From the NCBI GenBank assembly GCA_034780895.1, contig JAUZTB010000068.1:21029964-21093963 (forward strand): DNA of 64,000 bases, given 5' to 3'. The number at the start of each line of letters is the position of its first letter. Position 1 is the stretch's first letter. Of the stretch, positions 1 to 25,200 are shown in pieces. The notes below the pieces were generated by a model. That model saw nothing but the letters and a program-made list of their open reading frames with translations, was not told where the DNA came from and did no database searches. The DNA comes from Rhynchobatus australiae (lineage: Eukaryota). The position numbers and the translations under genes were made by a program.

Positions 1-94
1 CTGACTGACTGACTGACTGACTGACTGACTGACTGACTGACTGACTGACTGACTGACTGACTGACTGACTGACTGACTGACAGACAGACAGACA
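1..94. repeat. (CTGA)n/(CAGA)n tetranucleotide microsatellite, truncated by window edge
   Basis: About 20 perfect CTGA units grading into CAGA units. Confidence 0.97.
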
Positions 95-1933
95 TTTGTA
101 CTGAAGGTTCGCAGGATCATTTTTATTTATGTGCATTCAATATCAGAAAATATCCACCTGCGTTCACTAATCTGCAACATTCGCATTTACCAATGCTTTG
201 TTAAGACACAGGTTGCTTATTGGTTAACACTCCTGACTACCAGTCAAAATGACATGTATGACATTGTACACACAATCCAGAGAACCATTTTTAATTCTCT
301 TTAATAGTCATTGCTCTGAATTCTAAAGCAAGAAAACATATCGAATCAAGACTTAAGCCCTTGTGGACATATCTGCAACTCAAATATGCTTGGACATTAA
401 ATGTAATTAGGAACATACACTTGAATAAAATTTCTTTACTGATGTTTTATCTTTAAGTAAGTTTCCTGATCCAAGATCCATAATCTGCATAAGTCACAGC
501 ACATGGTATAAAAGGGACATTGAAAGCATAGATACAAAGTTGGCTAAACCACAGACGGAATTAGTAAACGTCCGTAGGAAGATGAATGGTTCCCTATGGT
601 CAGTCATACGAGGCAGGCTGGCTGAATTCATTGGTTAATAAACATAGTATGTCTAATGTTCAACATTTTTTGTAGGATGACAGACAGCAATCCCTTCAAT
701 CTCAGTGCTACTCCTGAAGACAGGTTCCAGCTCCCACAATGTGCTGCAACTTCCCACCCAGGGTAACTCCATTCCCTCCTAGTGAGGCTGTGGAAGTCTG
801 CACCGATAGTTCCCCACAATGCCAGTAATTCACCTCTCAACATTAGATGGGGTGCTAATTATGCTTTATTAGTCTGTACAGCAGCCATCAACCACAATGC
901 ACTAAGAAGACTCTTGTTTCTGATCTCAATTACAACTGCCCAATAAATAATGAAGTTTTCCTTTCATTGTTGAAAAGCTGTGATTAATCATTACTGTTTT
1001 TAACTCTCATCATTAATTCTGTTCTGTAATAGCATAAGATTTGGCCATGTCCCTGCAAAGGTCACTTTTACCACCCCCCAACAGATTCTAAAACCTGAAC
1101 ACTCAGGTAATGCCTCATGCAGGCACAGAAAATGTAAAAGTTGGCAGTTGGCTAATTCAAGATCTGATAGTTCCAATATGGCAAATTTTTACTGCATGCA
1201 TTACTGAATCTATATACAACTCATTAAATCTTGTANNNNNNNNNNNNNNNNNNNNNNNNNNNNNNNNNNNNNNNNNNNNNNNNNNNNNNNNNNNNNNNNN
1301 NNNNNNNNNNNNNNNNNNNNNNNNNNNNNNNNNNNNNNNNNNNNNNNNNNNNNNNNNNNNNNNNNNNNNNNNNNNNNNNNNNNNNNNNNNNNNNNNNNNN
1401 NNNNNNATTAGGCTAGCTGGAGTCTGACCGCAACCCCAGATCGACAGGTGAATCAGAGAGCTAATGTCACTATCACGATGAGCAAATTTTGATTAGTTCC
1501 ACATAATGAGGCAGAACTGAATTGAGTTTTTCACTGTACCTCACCTTACTTGTGTGTATGACAGATTTGACTTGACTGCAGCTTTGAATCCAGTGTTGAG
1601 GAAGTAAGGGATAGCATTGCTTGGGGGGGGTTAAATCTAAAAGTGTTAGGAATAGTTCTCTAACTAACTGAACTGGAAAATGTTAACATTCAACAGGTAC
1701 CTTTTTGTTCAATTTTGGGTGTCCTATATTAATAAATTATCATCTGAAAGAAACTTGGGAATGTCTATACAAAGCCCAAAGATGCACAATCTGAAAGGAC
1801 TTGCAGAAAAAATATTAACAATTATAAATAAAATGTTCAATAAAAGATCTGGGGTTGCTTGCATATGAATTGGTTTCAATTTTTAGGTGAGACTTGAAAA
1901 TAGCAGTGGGCTTTAACGATTCACTATCTTCAG

Positions 1934-13683
<11,750 letters not shown>

Positions 13684-15399
13684 TCAACTGTGATACCTAC
13701 AGAGGCAGAAGCAGGAATAATTAGTTATGGTTCCCAGCTGGCATTTAGAATAACAAGAATATTATTTTGAAAGAAAACATTCAACCCAGAGGCACGGGGC
13801 CAGAGACTCGCAAATTTATGAGGAACATGTCACAAGTATTAGTTTCAGGTAAATGGTATGTATTCAGAAAAGGAATTTATTCTTCATATGAAACATTGCA
13901 ATATATATCCAGGACCTCATGCTTAAAACACTCTTACTACCAGTAGGTCTGTCGTATAAGTAAGTGATTGGTCCACCAATAAACAGTTTGCTGGCAGAAC
14001 ATACTGAAGAAAATACTAGGCAAAGGAGAAAAATTACTAATAAATTGCCCCTCACAATATTAGCATAATATCATAACTGAGGTTTATATTGTATTTAAAT
14101 AAAAAGCATTATCATCAGACCCACTATTTTTTATTCTGTGATATTTTATGTGTGATCTTATTACAGAGCTATAGAAACATAGAAACTCTTCCCATTTAGG
14201 AAGCAAGGGAGATTTAAGGGGATTTTCTAAAATTGATGTCCCTAAATAGGGTGAATAAGAACATTCCCTTTAGCAGGGAGGCCAATAACTAGGAGCTATA
14301 TATTTATAGAAATTGTCAGAAGGATTAGAATGGAAAATGGGAAACTCTCAATTCAACCACTGAACATCAGAGGTCTGGAAGCCACAGCCTCAAAAGGCAA
14401 TGGGAGTCCAAAATCTTCATGTTTAGAAAGTAACTGGGTGAGTACTGGGATGGACAAACAACTGGTACATACTATTCGTCTAAACGGCTCCTTTTTGGCT
14501 GGCATAATGTGCTAGTTCCATGTTGTGGATTTCTAGGATTTGATGAAATTCCAAGATATATTGGACAACATCCTAATGCTAGACAAGTCTGTAGCTCCAG
14601 ATGTCAAGGAATGTATGCCAAGAAAATGTTCAATTCTGGTAAGTCACCTTATTTAGTTAGTTTCCTCTAATCCTTAGCTAGTGCATGAAAGGAGCCAAAT
14701 ACTAAATGTTTAGGACCATAAGTAATAGTCACTGATGCCCAATGATCATGTGCCAACAGCATCCAAGGACAAAGGGGTAAGTGTGTGCAGGGCTTAAACT
14801 GCTCTCTGATATAAATGTTTTGAAGTAGTATTTAAGACTTGGGAGGTGGTCAGATTAATTTATCTGATTTACATTATTGGAACATAATTATGTATACATT
14901 TTCAAATCTAGTTTTTCAGATAATTCATGAGCAGAGAAAATTAACCTGCTTACATTAACATAGAGTGTGTGCATCATTCTGATAGTACAGCAAAAAAAAC
15001 CTCAGCTCAGCATTAGAGATAGAGACCATGGGTGAATTTACACTACTCCCAAGTACATGCATCTACTGAATGAAGTTAGTGCTTGAATTATTAGTAGACC
15101 TTCAGAAATAAACATGCCCTAATTCACGCAGAAATATGACTAAATGTCTCGATTACTTTTATCACTAAACTATCAAGAACTTCAAATGAAGAGGGCCGAG
15201 TAACAAGGAACTTTAAAAAAATACATAATGTCATCTTAATATAAATAATATGTCATTTAAAAATGTAGTGAATTACATCAGCCATATTTCACATATACAA
15301 TAAAGTCTTACAATACACAATTGTGCTATAATTGAAGCACTCATTGAGAATCAATCCCAGAGCACAAAACATAAAATGTTTTACACACAAAAATATTAA

Positions 15400-15958
15400 A
15401 TGTTGTGCAAGACGTTGGTGAGGTCACATTTGGAACATCATGTTCAGTTTTGGTCCCTCTGTTAGAGGAAAACTGCCAATAAGCTGGAAAGAGCACAGAA
15501 AAGATTTACAAGGATATTGCCAGGACTCAAGGGATTGAGTTATAGAGAGAGGTTGAGCATGCTAAGACTTTATTCATTCAAGCAGAGAATGAGAGGTGAT
15601 CTTACAGAGGTGTATAAAATCACGAGGGGCATGAGAGGTGAATGCACACAGTCTCTTCCCCCAGGGTTGCAGAATCAAGAACTAGAGAGCATAGGTCTAA
15701 GAAAAGAGGGGAGGAATTTAATAGGAACCTGAGGGACAACTTTTTACGCCGCGAGGGTGGTCAGCATACAGAATGAGCTGCCAAAGGAAGTGGTTGAGAC
15801 AGGTACATTAACAACATTTAAAAGATATTTGGACAGGTACATGGATAAGAAAAGTTTACAAGGTTATGGGCCAAATGCAGACAAATAGGACCAGCTTAGT
15901 CAGCATGGACCAGTTGGGCTGAAGGGCCTGTTTCTGTGCTGTATTACTGTATGAGTCT
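15400..15958 (+). mobile_element. CR1 LINE 3' fragment
   Basis: Translates to TLVRSHLEHHVQFWS and [12 protein letters not shown]...MRGDLTEVYKI, followed by a typical CR1 3' tail (gggctgaagggcctgtttctgtgctgta). Confidence 0.85.
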
Positions 15959-16151
15959 AGGAAATCAGAACTTCAGAGTGACAAAAATTGCATGGGCACA
16001 TTAACACTCNNNNNNNNNNNNNNNNNNNNNNNNNNNNNNNNNNNNNNNNNNNNNNNNNNNNNNNNNNNNNNNNNNNNNNNNNNNNNNNNNNNNNNNNNNN
16101 NNNNNNNNNNNNNNNNNNNNNNNNNNNNNNNNNNNNNNNNNNNNNNNNNNN

Positions 16152-16720
16152 GAAAGGAGGGGAGGGATGGGGAGAGAGGGATGGAGGGGCAAGAGAAGAA
16201 TAAAAAGGGACATCAGGGAGGGATGGAGGGGCAAAAGGGAGGGGAGGGAGAAGACAGCGATAGAGGAGAAGGAGGCTTGTCCTGGGAGAGAGGAGAGGAA
16301 GCCGGTTGGGGGGAGGGCGGGAGGTGGGGGATGGAGGTCGGGCAGACGGGGACGGGCCGCAGAGGGCTGAGAAGGCGGAGGGGGTGGTGAAGAGAAGCAC
16401 CGGAGCCGGAGGACGAGCTTCCATGGAACCTGCTCGGGTTGGACCAAAAGATGTTGAGGCACCGATGCCCCTCCGAGAGGGGCTGCATCGAGCTCACCGC
16501 CACTTACCCATCCACCGGTCCCACCGACACCGACCACCCTTCACCCACCCAGGCGGCCTGACTCACTGCTCGCACCGAGCGGACACATGCCGGGCCCCGG
16601 GCTGACGTCACCCCATTCCCAGCGACTCTTCCCATTCGCTGATCCTGGCTCCGTCAACTCACCGGAGGGAATCAGATCCTGATCTTTCCGAGCGCTTCCA
16701 GGATGCCCTGGAAAAATTCA
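16152..16720 (-). promoter_or_regulatory. LYPLA2 CpG-rich promoter and non-coding first exon(s)
   Basis: GC/CpG-rich island about 2.8 kb upstream of the exon-2 acceptor; perfect CRE TGACGTCA at 16603-16610; minus-strand donors at 16662, 16566, 16507 and 16497. Confidence 0.75.
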
Positions 16721-17423
16721 AGTCATAATCCAGATATAATTGAAAATTCAATGGCATCAATGTAATGTGGGTAGGTTACTATGTGACCGCTTCCTATTTG
16801 CCACCTACGATTCTGTATCCCTGTTTGTGCTCGCAGAGAGGGGCAGGGTGTGATTGTTTTTCCCTTGTGGTTTCTGCAATTCTTGTGAAAGAAGAGGAAA
16901 TGCATGAAGAACTACACAAATCACTGGGTGAAAATCCAAATATGGGTGCAATTGGGTTGTGGGAAACAGTTAAAATTGTAAATAAGTTTTATTTCCTGGG
17001 TCATTTGGGAAGCGGGGGCAATGATTATATTACTGGGCCGATCATCCACAGCTCTTTGCTACTTTTGCAGAAACGGGTGTCTCAAGCCTGAGTACAGCAG
17101 TTTGGCAATATTCATTTGGTTTAGGTCTGCAGATTAGAGCAATCAGAAAAAAAATCTAATTACTATTTATTTCATTCAGGGTGATCAAATCGATAAATGA
17201 CTCCAATTAATGATAATATGAACTGATCCACATATGTTCTCGTTATTTTTTGCGTTTATCGTTAATGAATATTATGTCCAATGTAATTCAAATTTTTATG
17301 CGTCTTTGTAATAATGAGAAATGTAGTTCCAGGTGATTTAAGGATTTAGTAACTTGAAGAGATAGGCATGATCAAAACTGGTCATTTTGTGACCTTACCT
17401 ACTGGAGGAAATTCAGTTGGTAG

Positions 17424-17809
17424 TGTGAGAGATCAGTTTGATTAAACTGCCAGAGCCCTGGGAGTTAACTTGCAGAAGACATATATAACACAGGACAAGA
17501 CAGCTGTAGGCNNNNNNNNNNNNNNNNNNNNNNNNNNNNNNNNNNNNNNNNNNNNNNNNNNNNNNNNNNNNNNNNNNNNNNNNNNNNNNNNNNNNNNNNN
17601 NNNNNNNNNNNGTGCTCTTATTGGAAGGGAGTCAGAAGGGGAGTATGTGTCTTTAACTTTGCTGTGTATAAAGGGAGGGGATTCCCCTCGCCTCGGTGTG
17701 TCTCACGGGGGAGAGGCACCCGACTCTGCAGACTTGTAAATAAACGGTTTTCTTGTTTCCACGACTTTGTCTCTGGCATGGTGCTTGTGAGCACGGATTA
17801 TATCTCACA
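17424..17809 (+). mobile_element. Solo LTR (family A), 4-bp TSD GTAG
   Basis: TGTGAGA...TCTCACA inverted termini; GTAG at 17420-17423 and 17810-17813; internal TATAAA and AATAAA; second copy at 29435-29724. Confidence 0.88.
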
Positions 17810-18479
17810 GTAGGAAGGTAGGTACACAGTGAGTGAAAGACTAAACCAGATCAGCTCGTATTCTGAGCTGAGCCAACCACAGAGGGGAATTGCAAGGGAA
17901 ATTACATGTTTTAAAAGCAGCGAGGAACTAATCTGCCACAATTCTAAAGATTGTCAGTTAACAAAAAGAAACTATTGTATTCTATAGCTAAATTAACTAG
18001 AAAATAATTATTTTAAGTTTACAGTGACACCATTTGTTAAAGCATCCCTGCTTCAACATTCTTGGTGTTTTCTATTCCATTTTAAAGCAATTGCCTTTCT
18101 TAACATTTAAGCAATTCTGGGCTTGTTTGTTCCTACTGGTTAACAAATACAGCCTTATCTCATAACATTGAATCATAGGATCAATTCATTGAGTCTCAGA
18201 TTTTTTGCAAACTAAAGTAATAGAAAACACTGAACACTTAGCAGGTCAGGCAGCACCGGTGGAGGGAGAAATAGAGTTAACATTTCAGGTCAATGGTCTT
18301 TCCTGATGAAACAATATTCTGTTTTCATTGAAGACTTCCTGCATCTGTAGTTTGTTGCTCTTTAAACTCTTGACTTCATTGATTGATTTTACTCTCCGAT
18401 GGTGTGAAATCATATTCTAATGAATAAAGCACTGGCATTTCATGTATAGTGCTTAATTAAAACATAGTAGATTAAGGAA

Positions 18480-19860
18480 CAGAAAGGAGATTGCAGCGGT
18501 GAGCAGCTGATTTTCTGACAGGAAGGAAATTCTCTGTGGTATTCCCCAGGAGTTGGGACAAAGATCACCAATCTTACTGATACATCATCCTAAACTTTGT
18601 TGTTCATAATTTCACTGGATGTATACAAAACACTCAAAGCTCACAAACAATGTGGCAGATAATGAACTTCAGGAAAAGACAAGTGAAATGGGAGCTACAT
18701 GGCAGATAAAATTTAATGTGAAGTGATAGACGGTGGTGTGATGAATGAGAAGATGCAATAGAAAAAAGGATACAGAAGGATGTAGTGGAGTATGATATGT
18801 TTGCAAATCAGAAGATTCAAAATTCTAGGGCATTGATAATGTATATAGAACCTTGTATTGTTAATGGTGAATAGAGTCCAACAGCAAGAAAGTAATTTTC
18901 AACCTTTAGAAGGCACAGTTTAGGCCACAGATAGAATAGATTGTCCAATTTTGATTGCCGCTCTTTACAAGAAACAATTAGGCCCTTGGGAGATGCACAG
19001 AATAAACAAACTTGAATGGTGCTAGGGATTAAGGATATCAGGTATAGGGTTGCACAGTGGCTCCACACGCTCCAGTGAGTTGAAGTGGGGGGGACGGGAC
19101 TCAATCATTACCTTCAGTACTGTCTATGTGGAATTTGAATGTTCTCCCCTATGATTGCTTGGCCCCCTCACCCCCCACCCCCCCCAAGTACTCTGGTTTC
19201 TTCCCACATTCCAAAGACATGTTGTCTGGCAGGTGCCACTGTAAATTGCTTCTGGTGTAGGTGGGTAGTAAGAGAGCCATGGGGAGTTGGTGGGTATGTG
19301 AGAGAGATTAAATCATAAGAAAATAAGTGGGGGGAATGGGATCGGTGGGATTGCTCTGAGAAGCAGCATAGGCAGCCAGTTGACCCATTGAGTATATAAT
19401 CATGAGAAATAAATGAGGCTGGAGAAAGTGAAGTTATCTCCTTAGGGCAAAAAAAAAATCAGAGATTTGCCAAAAGTCTTCAAATTCATCAGTAGTTTCA
19501 ACAGAATAAATAACGAGAAACTCTCCATTGGCAAGAAGATTGGTAACCATCGGTTTGACAAGAAGAAATATTTTGATTTAAAAACGCAAGTTGTAGCGAT
19601 CTGGAATATACTGGAATAGCAGATTCGCTGATAGCATTCAGAAGAGAATTAGACAAATATTATGANNNNNNNNNNNNNNNNNNNNNNNNNNNNNNNNNNN
19701 NNNNNNNNNNNNNNNNNNNNNNNNNNNNNNNNNNNNNNNNNNNNNNNNNNNNNNNNNNNNNNNNNACAAATATTATGAAGGAAAAAAATACACAGCCATG
19801 GACAAAGAACAGGGGACTGGGATTACTGAGATGACTCTAGGAAAGGGCTAGCATAGGGAT
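18480..19860 (+). mobile_element. Decayed CR1 LINE 3' region interrupted by a SINE
   Basis: tggtattccccagg (G-PQG), tggcagataaaatttaatgtg (WQ-KFN), yclsqfw-like and RTR-like remnants; bounds approximate. Confidence 0.5.
19045..19400 (+). mobile_element. V-SINE (HE1-like) copy
   Basis: V-domain-like text tgtggaatttgaatgttctcccc...ctctggtttcttcccacattccaaagacatg. Confidence 0.65.
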
Positions 19861-22103
19861 AATGAACCCACCCACCTGTGCCATATCATTCCATTTTATG
19901 ATTTGTACAACTATTTTAAAGCTCATTTAAGAAACACTATTTTTGATAAGTTAATTGCAATTTGTAAGCTTTAATATTATCCCCTTTGAGTTCTTGTCCA
20001 AAACAAACAGTTCAGGCATATTTCAGCTTTTAAGCATCTCCTTTGCTCTTGATACAAAAATATATTCCTTTATAGAAAAAATTGTTATGATGTATAATTT
20101 AATTGGTTTCAAAGTATTTTCTTGCACCATGTATTCATTCTTTGAAGCAGAGTGGACTAAACATTTCTAAAAGCTGCTTATTAGAAGGAACAAATACCAG
20201 CCCTATTTAGAAATTTGAAATTGTAGTGTACACTGTTCTATGTAATAACACATTCTCTACTACACATTTGATCCTATCTTGTATAGGTTACAAACACAAG
20301 CTGCAATGTGCTTCACCTGTACTATCAATCAATGAATCACACTAATGATCTGATGTCTTTTCTTTCCCCCCAAACAAGTGCCTTAGAAATTTTCATCTCC
20401 TTGGTAAAAATGCAACTTGGACTCAAGAATTGTAATTTAAAATCTTGAGGAAACCGGATTACAACCAAGGTTGTGTCCTAGAGGCTGAAGGGAAGAAGAG
20501 GGTGGAAATGTGGATCTGGAGCTTGTGAAAAAAAACTTAGTGTGCAAAGAAAATTATGGAAGAACTGAAATTCCTGAAGCACCTGTATTTAGTTTACTCC
20601 ATAGATGACAAATAACTGTTGTTTCTCACACTGATAGCTTTTCTTTAGAAGAGTATCTCTTATTTTATTTCCTTCCTCACATCCATTTGTTCTCACGCCC
20701 TTTTACATGGAGCTGTTTGTATGANNNNNNNNNNGCAATCCTTTACATGACACATTTCTTGCAGAACGAAGACTTGGCCTGTCTCAGGCTGGCTGTAAAT
20801 CTGCTGAACATTGCAACTAGGATGCACATCAACGGGTAGAGGATTTATTTTATTTCCTTGCGTTACATTCTGCTTCATCACAACATTGCATATTTTAGGC
20901 AGCATATTCAGTCATTTCTCACGTGTTTGAAACAACTCTAGTGCAGCTATTTTAATCAAATGCATTTCACTTTAAAAAAAAAGTCAGTAGCCAACATTAC
21001 CTAATTTGCAGTGCTCAAAAGGTGACAGATCACACATTCAATTAACAGCAATAACATTTTAGTTCTTCCACAAAACCATGGTTGTATTGTCTTGCAAATT
21101 CCAAACACAGAAAATAAGGGAAAAGTTCTAACCTGGTATATGTTATCAGCAAAAACCATGAACAAATTCATATGTCTACATCAACACCGGCTGTTCAGTA
21201 AACTTTCATTCACCTGATTGATACTCAAAGGACATGGATATTTGAAGGACATAAGGCTATCCAATCTAATAAAGGCATATGAAAAGAGAAGGCAACAAAA
21301 AAAAAGGAAAGAAAACCTGATAGCAAGTTATATGGAACAGACAGAGATTGCTGAATTATTTCATTCATTGTCAACATATTTTTGGACAGATTGGTTTGCT
21401 GTGTGTTCGTGATTCAAGAGTTACAGTAAGCCCTCTTTATATTAAACTCAACATTTCTGACATCTGTTATAGCCATTCTGGCATTCAATCAGCATTAAGG
21501 ATTTAATGGATAATTAAAAATAGTTGCCCCCAATACATAGACTTGGTAATTTTGATTTGACATCATGATGAACTTTCTCCAAGGTGAGTAATTATTCTTA
21601 AAAGTAATTTTCTTATCTTCATAATTTACAAAAAATATAGCTTTGAATAATTGTTCTTGTGAGTCAAATTATCACATCCAGAACCAAAAATCCACTTGTA
21701 ATAAGGGGGCATGGAGGGGTTTACAGGGGAGGAAAAAGAGGAAAAACAGGCAGGACAAAGATTCATGTTAACAAACCAAAATTAGGTATTATATTTTAAT
21801 AGCAAATAATCTATTTTTGACCAAGAACGTCAAGATGCCAGCTACTTATACTTGCTTGCAAATAGGTGTTTTAACATTTACAAATTAAAAGCAGCAGCTG
21901 CAAGCTCCTATTTAAACAGCAAATGTTACCTCCTTATTAATCTTCTGTTCACCACACCTTAGACTGTTTACAAAATTTGTCATCACATTGAGCCTATATA
22001 CCAATCTGTTCCACTAGACGTTTAGTGTACTCCAGTATTCCAGAATTACTTTTGTCGTGGCCTTTCCTTTCTCACTGCATGCTGAAGCTGCAGAAGTCAA
22101 GTT

Positions 22104-22205
22104 TTAAGCGATGAAGTGTGTGTGAGGAGTGATGAGGTCAATTTTGTGATCCGTAGGATTCGCAGAAGCTTCATATGTACAAAGTGTCACTTCATGTCTG
22201 TGGCT
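22104..22205 (-). CDS. PITHD1: PITHD1 exon 6
   Basis: SHRHEVTLCTYEASANPTDHKIDLITPHTHFIA*. Confidence 0.95.
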   Translation of the reverse strand, partial: SHRHEVTLCTYEASANPTDHKIDLITPHTHFIA

Positions 22206-25200
22206 CTGCCAAAAGAGTAAAGTTATACTGCAGAATTAATGCTTCAGGTCAGATAAGGACTTCATGTTAATTTTATGTAAGAAAATTACCCACAGTGCCT
22301 CTGGAACAAACTATAATTTAAAAGTTCACCTTCCTGATTATTATTCAGTGGATCAGGGTGTTTATTTCAGATGACAACAGATTCTTTGCTTGCTTCTCAT
22401 GCAGCTTAATTTAACAAGTTGTTTGTCCTGAACTTATTCTTGAAGGATGACAATACTAGAGGATTCAGGAGGACACTGAGGATTTTTGAACTGTACCCAG
22501 AGATAAAATTATATCATTTAAGAGAAATGTCCCAAGGAATAAAGTAGGAGATAATCAGGAAAAAGAATACATTTGTCTGCTAGCTGAACTTCTAGTACTT
22601 GGAGTAGAATCATAATATGCAAATGACAAGCATGTCTCATACTACAATTATAAACATTACAAAATTCAAGAGAGCTGCAGTGAAATTACTTTAAAATATT
22701 CATCTAGACAGCAGTGAAATTCCACTCCATTTAAGTGAAAATACACGGTTCTTTGTCACAGTTCTCAATCACAGCACACTGAGGTCGTTAGTTGCTATCA
22801 AATATTACTCCAAGCAATGCAAGTTCTTACCAGTGAATTTCAATGTGTGATTAGACTCACCTCTGACCACTCCCCTCGCAATCCTATATAATAAATTTTT
22901 GAAGTCTCAGCACCAAAATTCTTGGCAATATGAATGGAAAGATGATAAACACTGGAGAAACGAGCCACCCTAAAAAAAAAGCAAAAATACCTTTGAGGTA
23001 TTTAAAAAAAGGTCAAAATATACTTTATCAATTACTGGTATTGATACTTTAAGATACCACTTTCTTGAAATTATTCTATAACATGAAAAAACTTTAAATT
23101 TGGATATCACTGGGCAGAGGTCCATGCAGGACAGTGATCATTTGACTAAGATATAAATACTTTTAAACACTTGTATTGATGTGTTCTTGGCTGCCTTTGA
23201 TTGCATGCAAATAGCTGCAGATGTAGCTTGTGGACATACAGGCTCAGCATTGGGTACCATGTCAATTCTTTGATTACACTGACCATTGGCATCAACTTTG
23301 GATTTGTTAGTAGTACATTAAATGGGCTACAAATTAACTTCGACATGCTAGACTTTCAGCTTTTCTTTGTTGTTGATGTCACATCTGGGTTGGGATTACC
23401 CAGCTTAACTTCNNNNNNNNNNNNNNNNNNNNNNNNNNNNNNNNNNNNNNNNNNNNNNNNNNNNNNNNNNNNNNNNNNNNNNNNNNNNNNNNNNNNNNNN
23501 NNNNNNNNNNNNNNNNNNNNNNNNNNNNNNNNNNNNNNNNNNNNNNNNNNNNNNNNNNNNNNNNNNNNNNNNNNNNNNNNNNNNNNNNNNNNNNNNNNNN
23601 NNNNNNNNNNNNNNNNNNNNNNCTTTGTAGTATATTCTAGCACCCCTGTGACATCTCGGTTCATCTTAAACACTTGGTCAGGTTCTCTGCCTGTGTCATC
23701 AAACGACATATGAGGGATGTTCTTATAACTAATTGGAGAAAAGAAGAAAATTGATTAGCATCCACATTATTTAAAAGACTATCCTACAGCATATATAAAG
23801 GACATCACTGCTTAATTTATTTTTCCTCCCTTGTTTACCCACAGATTGCCATAGAACATTTTCCTTTAATTTGAAACTTGCTCACAGTAAAACAAAGCAA
23901 GTGCTTTAAAAGAACTCGAAGGAAGTCTCTAAANNNNNNNNNNNNNNNNNNNNNNNNCTCCCACAATCCAAATCCACCACTCTGTGATGATCCAACTGAC
24001 CCTCCCAATAGATCATTTCCAACCAGCATAACATAGTTGTGGTTCCAGGAGAAAATCCACCATCACTTTCCCAAGACAGCAGTGATGATTATTCGATGTG
24101 CTTTCCAGCATGGTCCACAATCTAGGAACAAACTTCCAAGAATCTGTTTGAGGACATTTCACTGGGGATAATAAACAACACAAAGAGAGTCCAAAATAAC
24201 TAAACTGGACATGATCTGTTGACAGGCGGAATACTTTCTTGTGGACCTGCACCCACATCATTCACTACTCAGGAAGGGATATTNNNNNNNNNNNNNNNNN
24301 NNNNNNNNNNNNNNNNNNNNNNNNNNNNNNNNNNNNNNNNNNNNNNNNNNNNNNNNNNNNNNNNNNNNNNNNNNNNNNNNNNNACATCATTCACTACTCA
24401 TGAAGGGATATTGTTGAGTACATCTTTCAAATAAGGCATGGGTGTTTCATTATTCATTCCTTACATTTTCAATCCACAGAATAACCTAAAATAATGTTCT
24501 GAAAATATAATGATATGTCACAGTACTGATTGAAAATCTCTCTCCTCTGGATCACTGGTTTGTACATTTTAAAGTTTGGAGTCCACCTGGTTGGTTTAAC
24601 CGTCATTTTTACCCTTTAACATCAAATAACACAGCTAAAAATACTTTGGATTGTAACCAAAATATATCAAACGATCTGCAATTTAAGGACACATTTACAG
24701 TTCTCTGTGAACCATCCAGTGATTAGTCCAAGGAATATGAACTATCTAATGATTGACAGTTTAAAAAGAAACATATAATCCAAGTTTTAAAAATCATACC
24801 ACTGTTTATAGATTTTTTTTTAAATTTTAATGTTAAGCACCTTAAGAGAAAATTAAAATATTCCAGCACTTACAGTCTCATTTCTGATGGATGGGTGTTA
24901 TCATCTTCTCCCATGACAATTATACCTTTGAGCTTTACGTTGCCTGTGAAACTGAATCAAAATAATTTGTTATGAATTTGAACACATGAGCAGATTTCAG
25001 CCACATACTAGGGTGTGTAGGTAATCCATAAATCTCTGCAGGGAAACACGCACATTTAAAAGAAGCCTTGGATCTAACACAATTGCAATAGAATGTGTTC
25101 GGCCCTATTTATTTCTATGTACCTTTTGATTTCTTGGCACCCATCCACCGTACTCCACTCTAACCTAGGAAATTCTTTCTTGAATCAAATCTCCAACAGT

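Noticed and set aside
15957-16605. Long Pro-rich or Gly-rich ORFs on both strands
   Set aside because: They arise from low-complexity GC-rich promoter DNA plus an N gap, and encode no recognisable protein.
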